Position numbers and translations under genes: made by a program. A DNA stretch of 64,000 nucleotides from Raja brachyura (taxonomy: Eukaryota), in NCBI GenBank assembly GCA_963514005.1, contig OY740783.1:120404001-120468000 (forward strand), in the 5' to 3' direction. The notes under the pieces are model-generated. The model saw nothing but the letters and a program-made list of their open reading frames with translations. It was not told the origin of the DNA and made no database searches. Below, piece by piece: positions 26,502-36,675 of this stretch (position 1 is its first letter; each line of letters begins with the position of its first letter).

Positions 26502-26648
26502 ATGTGGTGCTACTGTCAGGAGGGGGATAGTGGGAAAATGATCATGTGTGACAACACAAAATGTCCTATTTCATGGTTTCATTCTGAATGCCTGAAATTG
26601 CCATAAAAGAGTGAGATACCAAAAACATGGTTTTGCCCTGATTGTAGG
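26502..26648 (+). pseudogene. ING-type PHD finger remnant, probably transposon-borne
   Basis: MWCYCQEGDSGKMIMCDNTKCPISWFHSECLKLP*KSEIPKTWFCPDCR (C4HC3 spacing), in-frame TAA at 26604. Confidence 0.8.
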
Positions 26649-29600
26649 CTCCTCCCAAAATCACAAAGAAAAGTTCCCAAAAAAGAAATGAACTGCCGTG
26701 TTGTGCTGAGCAGGTTTCTCATAATACAAAATGTAGCATTTGTATACCAAGTTAGCCTTGCACTGTATAAAACCACATAATATGACCTGTTGTGGTTATT
26801 TTCACACACCAGCATCTTTTTCAAACTCTAATATTTAAGATTTTGATCTGTGCAGTTAAGCATGAGTATGCTCCCTTTTGGCATAGGGTCTGTTATGTTT
26901 TAATTTTAAAATGTAACAACGGTATTAAGAAAAAGATTCCAGAGTAAATTGAATGTGCTCTCTTTAATAAAAAAAATGTGTTTTCTTTGATTTTAGTGTG
27001 CTGTAAGAAAATATGGTGTTTTCTTTGAAGTATACCTATGTATGGGTGCTTTTATTGAATTGGTAGATTAATGGTGCTTTCTTTGAAGTATAAACTGTAT
27101 GTCAAAGGTACATCAAGTGTGTGCTGTTGAGGTAAACTGTACTTTCTTTCAAATGTGTGTGAAAAAAAGACAAATTGTCAATATAATATAAATATGATAT
27201 AAAAATAAGTGTGTTTTCTAAGAAACATGGGAGAAAAAATGCTTTATTTCAAGTGTGCATGTTGATGTCACTGTTAGCCCTATTTGCAACAATTTTTTAC
27301 AGATGAAATGACAATTTTGACGGTATTTTTCAGGCGGTAGTACGTGTTGCGTGTGTGCCGAGTGTATGCCGGAGGCTTGCTTGTCCTCCAGTACGCTTGA
27401 GCAACTCCGTGCGTCATGCACTTTGACATTTTGACCTACCGTGCAATTGCTTTATACAAAGTACATGAAAGAGTGGTCACAAAGGAGCCAACAAAGTGAC
27501 AAAAAAGTATTTATCCCTTCTTCGTTCCCCATGCTGGGTCCTCCTCAGTTCTCTGCGGTCCCCCCATGCCGGGTCCTCCTTTGTTCTCGGCGACACGTCC
27601 CGACCTGCAGGCTCCAACCCGACCTCGTCTGTGGGGACTCCGCCTCAACCTCAAGGCTCCATCTTGACCACCTCACTTCAACCACTCGCTCTGCGTAGAT
27701 TCTCTGTTGGCAGGGGTGCCCTGTGAGGCGAGTCCTCTTCTGCGTCTAACAGCGGCGGGTGTCCAGCCCACTGCTGGCACGGAAGTGAATGCTGCTTCTT
27801 GAAAATAGACTGATTCAGTGTTGCCAGTGCTTTTCCATATATCAACCTCTAACTAACATGTAGTTGTGAACTAACTTTTCAGGCGTATCTTAGGAAGCTG
27901 AATAGATTGGAGTCATTTATTTGATTGTAGCACCTTGCACTGAAAAGTTGTTGCAAGATTCATGGAAGTGAATATTACTTGTTACAAACAGACTAATTCA
28001 GTTTTTCCAAAGCTGTATTATTTTCCATACATCATCCCCAATCGCACATGCAGTTAGTAATACTGGGTTGTAAACTACATTTTTAGAGAACTCATGAAGC
28101 TGAATCATTGGAGTCATCTATTTTACTATAGCACCTTGCCCTGAAAAGTGATTGCAAGATTCAAAGAAGTGAATGCTGCTTGCTGCAAACAGACTAATTC
28201 AGTGATTTCTAAGCTGTAGTGTTATTTTTCATACATTGGCCTTGGATTACCATGTAGTTAGTAATAACGTGTTGTAAACTAACCATTCTGATGTATCTCA
28301 TGAAGCTGAATCGATTGGAGTCGTTTATTTGATTGCAGCACATTGCCCTGGAAAGTTATTGGAAGATTCGTGGAAGTAAACGCTACTTGCTGTAAACAGA
28401 GTAAGTCAGTGTTTCCAAAGTTGTAGTTCTATTTCAAATCATTGATAGACAATGTGAAGAGTAGCGGCACCAGCACCGACCCTTGCAGAACACCACTAGT
28501 AACTGGCAGCCAACCAGGAAAAAGTCCCCTTTATTGCCAATCTTTGCCTTCTGCCATTCATCCAACCTGCTATCCATACTAGTCTGAAGAAGGGTCTCGA
28601 CCCGAAACGTCGCCTATCTCCTTTGCTCCTTAGATGCTGCTGCACCCGCTGAGTTTCTCCAGCCTTTTGTGTACCCTCGATTCTCCAGCATCTGCAGTTC
28701 CTTCTTTAACACATCCATACTAGTACCTTCCTTCTCATACCATGGGCTCTCATTTTCTTTAGCAGCCTCACATGCAGCACCTTATTAAAGACCTTCTGAA
28801 AATCTAGGTAAAGCACATCCACCGACTCTTTTTGTCTATCCTTGTCTACACTTAGTGCATGCAGACTGGTTAGTCATTTCCAATACAAAGTAGCTATGCC
28901 ACATGCAATTGGTTTTATTTCATCAGACCTTCTAAATAACCTCTTGCAAACAAGTTTAGTTGTTGTAATGCATGGTGCAGAATGGATTGTAACATTGGAG
29001 GAGCAGCACCTCATATTCCGCTTGGGCAGTCTGCACCCTAACGGCATTAACATTGAATTCTCCAATTTCCGGTAGCCTTTGCTGTCTCCTCCCCTTCTCA
29101 GCTCTCCCTCAGCCCTCGGGCTCCTCCTCTTCCTTTTTCCTTTCTTCTCCCCGCCCCCCACACCCTAAATCAGTCTGAAGAAGGGTTTCGGCCTGAAACG
29201 TTGCCTATTTCCTTCGCTCCATAGATGCTGCTACACCCACTGAGTTTCTCCAGCACTTTTGTCTACCTCGGATTGTAACATTTATTTGATTGTACACCAA
29301 TTCTGCCCTTGGTCTCAACAATATATAGGAGTCCACACTGGGAACAACGGATCCAGTAGATGCTCAGTCCGCCTTGGCCTACGCCATCTCCCTGTTGCCA
29401 AATATTTTAACATCCCTTCCCTTTTCTATAGTGACCTTTCTGTCCTGTTAAGCCCTCACTCAGTAACAATCCAAATATTGTTATCAAATTTGTGGACAAG
29501 GATCATTTTAATATGGCACGAGGCCCGATGCCAACTATCAGACATCCCTTCATAACTACTACTGGACTATGACGTTACAGACAAACACCAGGCCACCATC

Positions 29601-31131
29601 TCCCAGACAGTCTGGGGATCTTCACATCCTCAACCTTATCACAACCCTTCACATCCTCAACCTTATAATTCCTCAGCCCCATGCTGCCCATTTCCAGCTC
29701 CTTCCCAAAATCCACAAATAGGACTGTGGTAGATACATTCTTTCTGCTTGCTCCTGTCCCACAGAACTCATATCCAAATAGCTTGATTCCATCTTGTTCC
29801 CCATGTCCAGAACCTTCCGACCTACACTCGAGAAACCTCACATGTCTTCAACAATTTAATAACTTTCAATTCTTAGGCCCCCATTAACTCATCTATACCA
29901 TGGAAGTAGCCATCGGCATGGGTCACAGCTATGCATTTTTGTTGGTTACGTGGAACAGTACATGTTCCAAATGTACATGAGCACCACCCCCAAATCAACA
30001 ATCATCAGGGCTGCCTCCTGTACCCATGTGTTACGGGTCCCAAGGTTGGGCACCGTAAAGCAGATAGATAACCTGTATAAAAGCAGGTGTGAGAAGGCAA
30101 ATGAGGACACAGTGCATCTTAATTCATCCCCAGGTTGCTTCTGCTGAGATGGGGGGGGAGTGCCTTGCTGTTTCCAGTCCCCGCAGCAACTGGAGTAACA
30201 CAGAGGTTCCCCCTCACTGCTGCACCTTATAAACTGCCAATACACCATCACATAAATTAAATCAATGTGGGCACACCGTCTTAGATGCGCCACACGCTCC
30301 CCAACAACAAAAGTGGCTCCTGACACTTATTTCAAATCGCAAGTGTCCATTGAAAATAATCAACAATCTTTCACACTCAAAAATATTTACAATATTCAAA
30401 ATCTTCAACTATAAAAAAATATATGACTCTAGTTTGATTACATCACCACTGTTCATTCTCAATAACCCTGTACCGTACATGGCAAGTATGAATATTGGAC
30501 CATGGGTGCACACTGGAATGATGGCCTGTACAGTGGGTGAGTATAGGGCATGAGGTACGTGCCAATAGTGTTCACAGCAGGAAATGGTTGATAGGTCGGA
30601 TGACCAAGAGATGAGTAGGTGAGCCTTTGGACTGGCCGTCTTTCCCTTGTGGACCGTCTCAGTGTAACAGGGGATCCAGGTTCAGAAGGTGAGAGAGAGT
30701 GATGCTCGAGATCTGCAACAATCTTCTCATCTTGTTCAGTGTCATGGGGAATGTCCTGATCATCCTCCTGTTGTGGTTCGCCTTCATCTGTTGAGTGTCT
30801 TTTCCATTGATCCTGTGGCTGTATTTCAGCTTCTGGTGGCCTCAAGTCCATTTCAGGTGATATTTGGACCACCATCCGTTCTTGACTTCTTTCATGTTTT
30901 CCGACTGATATGAATGAATCTTTATCCCTTTGTCGGGTCACTCGAGTGGGTGTTCTTTGTGCTTGCTCATGTTGGATTCTGGCAGGTTTACTAGGAGTCT
31001 GAGCCGGCATTCTCTCAGGCGTAGCTGCTGTCCTTGGCTCAGCCCGACTTAGGGGTATCCTCAACCAATAACCTCCTCCTGACTCATCATCCGAGTCAGA
31101 TGTCTCTGCATTCTCGGTTCTGTCTCTTATG

Positions 31132-32553
31132 TCACTCCTTCTCAGCTGAGGTTTCCTTTTCGTCTGTTGGTTGTGGCTTAATTTGTCGTTTCATGGCCTC
31201 AATCATACTTGTGAGCTCATCTACCTTGGCTGTAAGCTCTTTAATTGGGTCTGTCTTTACTTTTGGCGCCACACTCTCTTGCTTGCTACCCTGCTCTTTT
31301 GCTGTATTCGGGTCAAACTGTGTACCATGTGCATGAACTGCAGCCTGCCGACGAAAAGGACCTATCCTCTTTTGTCTCTCACTTTCTTCACTGGTGATTT
31401 TCATTACCTGGCGCAATATTGTCTCATCACTTACTTCACCACTGGACAAGAGAGGTTTTATTTCTCTGCGTAGCTCACTGTGTTTGTAGCCCAATCCCTG
31501 GTAAACTGTATGTAGGAAGCCATCTTGAACAGTGGCTGCACTGTATTTTATACCTGCGTCTGACAGTTTTGATGTGAATAGGACACGTTGCTTCAAACCT
31601 ATGACACGATAGAGGAATTGTTGTGGTGTCTCGTTCTCCTCCTGCTTGGCACATATTAACTCTTGAAATAACTCTGCACTGCTTTTTTCTCTTAGGTGAG
31701 CCTGGAGAAATCCCTTGAGTTCCATCACAGTCAAGTCATCCTTGTTCATTAGCATCTCTTTAAAAATTCCAGGTTTCATTATCCGGAGCACACCACGAAC
31801 TATCTCTGCATCATGGAAGCCTTCTTTGATCCCTTCTTCTATTTGCTTACAGACATTGCTATAACTGATGTCTGACGAATGATCACCAACCTGGCCCCCT
31901 TGTACCTTAAACTCCCTTCTCTGGAGATAGGCGAGATCTCTTATGCAAATCATCCCCTCTCGATTGGGTTGAGCAACTGTCGGGTTGTGGTATGATGAGT
32001 CACTTCGAGACTTATTAGCCTGTGCTGCTACTGGCGGACAGTCTTCTGGTGACTGAGTTGTCGGTACCATAATGCTTTGTTTCAGGCTTTTACCAAGCTC
32101 CTCATAGCTAGTGAGCATTTCGAGTAACTCTACATTTGTGGAGTCAGATACAGCAGTAGGTAGTACTGGGTCAGTGGTGAAAGCATCACTGTTTGGCAAA
32201 GTAGAACTGACTTGGAACATTTGGTTAGTAGTATCTCCATGAGCACCTATGGGTTGTGTTTCTAGCTCTGGCAAACACAATACTTTTCGGGTCTTTACAA
32301 TATCATCAATAGCATCTTTCAAACCCAACAATTCAGACATTCCACTGTCTTCTGACTCTAACAAATGCTTACTGTACATGAATGAACTGATTTTGTCGAA
32401 GCAGCCTTCATGGTCTCCTTCATGGAGTTCAGACAGGTCCCAATCTGACGTTGAACCCATCTCTTTGGCGATGTGAAAAAGCTCTGCAGCTGACAAGGTG
32501 AGCAGTGACTTCCGAATGTCCCACACTAGGCTCTTCCTCCCACTCTCTGACAT
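31132..32553 (-). CDS. Gag-like protein (473 aa) of the LTR element
   Basis: Uninterrupted ORF just after the PBS; ELFQELICAKQEENETPQQFLYRV resembles the Gypsy capsid homology region; no zinc knuckle. Confidence 0.8.
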   Translation of the reverse strand: MSESGRKSLVWDIRKSLLTLSAAELFHIAKEMGSTSDWDLSELHEGDHEGCFDKISSFMYSKHLLESEDSGMSELLGLKDAIDDIVKTRKVLCLPELETQPIGAHGDTTNQMFQVSSTLPNSDAFTTDPVLPTAVSDSTNVELLEMLTSYEELGKSLKQSIMVPTTQSPEDCPPVAAQANKSRSDSSYHNPTVAQPNREGMICIRDLAYLQRREFKVQGGQVGDHSSDISYSNVCKQIEEGIKEGFHDAEIVRGVLRIMKPGIFKEMLMNKDDLTVMELKGFLQAHLREKSSAELFQELICAKQEENETPQQFLYRVIGLKQRVLFTSKLSDAGIKYSAATVQDGFLHTVYQGLGYKHSELRREIKPLLSSGEVSDETILRQVMKITSEESERQKRIGPFRRQAAVHAHGTQFDPNTAKEQGSKQESVAPKVKTDPIKELTAKVDELTSMIEAMKRQIKPQPTDEKETSAEKE

Positions 32554-32718
32554 GGCAGCAGCGTTTCACCGTCCTTCACGATGGATCACAGTTCAGCAAT
32601 GGCACAGTCTCTGCTCCGACTCACCGCTCTCGGCACTCAGCTCGAATCAGCCCTGTCTCGGTCTCGGTCTCAGGTGTCATTAGTTGATCAGCTCCACTCC
32701 AACCACGAAGTGGCGCCG

Positions 32719-32736
32719 ATCCCGGACGAGCCCCCA
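32719..32736 (-). promoter_or_regulatory. Primer binding site, tRNA-Pro
   Basis: TGGGGGCTCGTCCGGGAT on the minus strand, 5 nt from the 5' LTR. Confidence 0.9.
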
Positions 32737-33159
32737 CGATCTGTTACGGGTCCCAAGGTTGGGCACCGTAAAGCAGATAGATAACCTGTATAAAAGCAGG
32801 TGTGAGAAGGCAAATGAGGACACAGTGCATCTTAATTCATCCCCAGGTTGCTTCTGCTGAGATGGGGGGGGAGTGCCTTGCTGTTTCCAGTCCCCGCAGC
32901 AACTGGAGTAACACAGAGGTTCCCCCTCACTGCTGCACCTTATAAACTGCCAATACACCATCACATAAATTAAATCAATGTGGGCACACCGTCTTAGATG
33001 CGCCACACATGCAGAATTCATTCACTTTTCCACTAACTTTTACCCTGGCCTCAAATTCACTTGGAGTATCCTTGACACCTCGCTTCCATTTTTTTTCTCT
33101 GTCTCCATCAAAGGGGATAGACTATTGACTGACATCCACTGTAAACCCATTGACTCTCA

Positions 33160-33850
33160 GTTCAGTTTTATTTGTCATATGTAGGTTAACACAGGGTCAA
33201 CGGTACAATGAAATGTTTTTGACAAGACAACGGATATTCCCAACGGACACTCAGCAGTGATATTACAAGGATTTTATTAAGGTAAAAAAAGATAAGATTA
33301 AAGTGACATTGGTAGGTAAAAGACAATAATAAATATAATAATCAACATATATGATGTGTTCATGAGTTCAGAAGTCTGATGACATGATGATAAAAACTGT
33401 TCTTAAGTCTGGTGGTGCATGCAGCCATGCTCCTATATCGTCTGCCTGATGGCAACAAGGAGAACAGTCTGCATGCTAGGTGGCTGTGGTCCTTGATGAT
33501 GATGATGATACACAGGCACCGCTGATGGAAAATGTCCTGAATGGCCGGGAGACAGTTGCCAATGATGTGCTGTGTCACCTTAACCACTCTCTGTAGTGAT
33601 TTGCGGCTGCGGGCAGAAGAGTTCCCGTACCAGACTGTGATGCAGCCCGTCAGCAGACTCTCGATGGTGCAACTGTAGAGGTTTGTGAGGATGCTGGCAT
33701 TCATGCCAAACTTCCTCAGTCTTCTCAGGAAAAAGAGCCGCTGGCGGGCTTTCTTAGTTATTGTGTCCGTATGCAGTGTCCAAGAGAGGTCTTCGGTGAT
33801 GTGCACACCGAGGAACTTGAAGCTGCTGATCCTTTCAACCTCAGCATCAC
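33160..33850 (-). mobile_element. Rex1/Babar-type LINE 3' fragment
   Basis: HITEDLSWTLHTDTITKKARQRLFFLRRLRKF…IESLLTGCITVWYG…LLPSGRRYRS. Confidence 0.85.
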
Positions 33851-35559
33851 TGATGTGGATGGGGAGATAGCATTATCTGGCAACACCCCCCATCTCTGTC
33901 TCTGCTCGTTTAATGACTGCATTGGGGCTCACCAGCGCAGAACTAGTTTATTTCATTAACTTTACCACAAACTTCCACCCAGTCCTCAGATTCACTTGGG
34001 CTATCTCTGACACCGGGGACAGACTATCAACTGATGTCTACCATAAATCCACATAATCCTACAATTATCTGGACTATACCTTCTCCCAACCTACCTCTTG
34101 CAAAGATGCCATTCCCTACTCTCAGTTCCAGGTCTCTTCCGAATCTGCTCCCAAGGTGACCTTTTCACCTCGAGGACATCTGAGATCTGTTTCTTTAGTA
34201 AACATGAATTCCCCTCTGCTGTCGAAGATGGATCCCTCATTCACATGTCTTCTGTATCTTGTAGCTCACCTCTCGCTTCCCCTCCCCCAGACAGAACAAG
34301 GATAAAGCTTTCCTTTAACCCCACCAGCCTCTGCATCCAACACATCATTCTCTGTTATTTTCACCACCTTCAACGTGATCCCACTACCAGTTACATCTTC
34401 CCATCAACATACGTTTCCACTTCCCGCAGAGACCATTTACTCCGCCACTTCTTGGTTTACTCATCCCTTCCCACCCAAACCACTCCCTCGCCAGGTACTT
34501 TCCCATGCAACTGGAGACCAACCACCTGTTCTTACCCACCTCCCTCACATCCATCCATGTACTCCAGCAGCCCTTCCAGGTGAGACAGAAGTTCAGAAGT
34601 GGCTCTTCTAACACATCTAGTGCATTAGATGCTCCCAAAGTGGCCTCTTTTACATTGGCGAGACCAAGCTTACCTTAGGCCACTGTTTGGACGAATACTT
34701 GTGCTCTGTCTGCCAAGGCCTCCTCCCATTCATGAGGTGATCCCGAGGAAACGTAGTTTGAAAGACCAGAGTTGTGTAGGAATGAACTGCAGATGCTGGT
34801 TTACACCAGACACAAAATGCTGGAGTAACTCAACAGGACAGATTGCATCTCTGGAGCGAAGGAGTGGATGATGTTTTGGGTCAAGACCCTTCTTCAGACT
34901 CCCAGGTTAAAACGTGGTGGTAGAGCTGAAGAACAGGAGGAATCACAGAGGGGACGCAGTGAGAGAGGGAGTTGCAGAGGTCTGGACTAAGAGAGAACTT
35001 ATTTGAAATAGGCTTGCCCTGAGGAGTGGAGCAGACAAAATGTATAGGAAGGACACATTTTCACCCAGAGTTGTGAATCTGTGGAATGCTCTGCCTCAGA
35101 AGGCAGTGGAGGCAGATTCTCTGGATGCTTGCAAGAGAGAGTTTTAGATAGAGCTCTTAAAGATAGCGGAGTCAGAGGATATGGGGAGAAGGCAGGAATG
35201 GGGCACTGATTGTGGATGATCAGCCATGATCACAGTGAATGGAGGTGCTGGCTCGAAGGGCCGAATGGTCTCCTCCTGCACCTGTTGTCTATTAAGACAG
35301 ACACGAAATGCTGGATTAAGTCTGGGCCAGGCAGCATCTCTGGAGAGAAGGACTGACGTTTCTGGGGTTGAGACCCTTCTTCAGACTAAATGTGTAGGAA
35401 GGAAGTGCGGATGTTGGTCACGCTGAGTTGCTCCAGCATTTAGTGTCTATCTTCGCCCTTGTGCAGGCTGCTGGAAAGACAGTGAGCACCAGCAGGCCCG
35501 TCGCCACCGCCACCGCCATTGAACGTCGCTCACCGTGGTCACGCCGGCCTCCTTACACG

Positions 35560-35844
35560 TCCGGGTCAATGGCGGAGGCGGAGGCGCAGGGGGCGGGACA
35601 ACACAGGAGAGGACAGGACCGGCTCGGCGGCTGCAGCAGCAGCTGTGCGGGACAGGACAGGACAGGAGAGGACAGGAGAGGAGAGGAGAGGACAGGAGAG
35701 GAGAGGACCGGCTGCAGCAGCAGCACCACCAGCACCAGCAGCAAGCGACACGACAGGCCTGGCCTCGCCTCGCCTCCACTGGCCTCTGCGGGCGGCGACT
35801 CCACTGTCGCCGGGCTGTCTCCTTCGTGGTGTCATCGTCGTCCG
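35560..35844 (+). other. UBA6: Probable UBA6 exon 1 (5'UTR) within a CpG-rich island; 5' boundary uncertain
   Basis: GC/CpG-rich patch ending in a strong donor CCG|GTGAGT at 35844, 4.3 kb upstream of the first coding exon. Confidence 0.6.
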
Positions 35845-35897
35845 GTGAGTTGGGGTTGGTGGAGCACGAGTGGGCCCGGAATGGAGAGATGGCAGGG

Positions 35898-36675
35898 CAG
35901 GGGGGGGAGAGAGAGGAGGGAGGAGAAGAGGAGGAAGGAGAGGAGGAGAGGAGATGAGGGGAGGAGGGAAGGAGAGGAGAGGAAGGAAGAAAGGAAGGAG
36001 AGGAGGGAAGGAGAGGAGAGGAGGAAGGAAAAGAGGAGGAAGGAAAGGAGATGAGAGGAGGAGGGAGGAGAGGAGGGAAGGAAAGGAGAGGAGGGAAGGA
36101 GAGGAGAGGAGGAAGGAAAAGAGGAGGGAGGAGGAAGGAGAGGAGGAAAGGAGGGAGAGGAGAGGAGGAGAGGAGGGGAGGAANNNNNNNNNNNNNNNNN
36201 NNNNNNNNNNNNNNNNNNNNNNNNNNNNNNNNNNNNNNNNNNNNNNNNNNNNNNNNNNNNNNNNNNNNNNNNNNNNNNNNNNNNNNNNNNNNNNNNNNNN
36301 NNNNNNNNNNNNNNNNNNNNNNNNNNNNNNNNNNNNNNNNNNNNNNNNNNNNNNNNNNNNNNNNNNNNNNNGAGAGGGGAGGAAGGAGAGGGGAGGAAGG
36401 AGAGGGGAGGAAGGAGAGGGGAGGAAAGGAGGGGAGGAAGGAAAAGAGGAAGGAAAGGAGAGGAGGAAGGAGATGAGAGGGGAGGAAGGAGAGGAGGTGA
36501 GGAAGGAGAGGAGGTGAGGAAGGAGAGGAGGTGAGGAAGGAGAGGAGAGGAAGAAGGAGATGAGGAGAGGGGAGGAAGGAGAGTAGGGAGAAATGAAGGA
36601 CAGGGAGGGAGGAGGAGGAGGAAGGAAAGGGAGGGAGAGGGTGAGGAAGGAGACTGGAGGAGGGGGAGAGAAGAT
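35898..36675 (+). repeat. Polypurine (GGA/GAG-rich) tract spanning N gap 36184-36371
   Basis: Nearly pure A/G sequence directly after the putative UBA6 exon 1 donor. Confidence 0.95.

Larger units (their letters stand above)
23415..28430. repeat. Diverged ~200-bp tandem satellite, ~15 units, interrupted twice
   Basis: Motif ctgaatcgattgg…tttatttgattgtagc recurs at ~23450, 23670, 23870, 24068, 24273, 25062, 25231, 25438, 25613, 25810, 26006, 27897, 28099, 28305. Confidence 0.9.
30029..33007 (-). mobile_element. Non-autonomous Gypsy-like LTR retrotransposon (pol deleted)
   Basis: 266-bp LTRs 30029-30294 and 32742-33007, TG…CA ends, identical by eye; 4-bp TSD CATG; tRNA-Pro PBS; inserted into a Penelope RT remnant. 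Confidence 0.95.

Noticed and set aside
23415-28430. ~200-bp array as a CRISPR array, retrozyme or coding repeat
   Set aside because: No unique spacers or cas genes, no CUGANGA…GAAA core recognised on either strand, and stops in the consensus frames I examined
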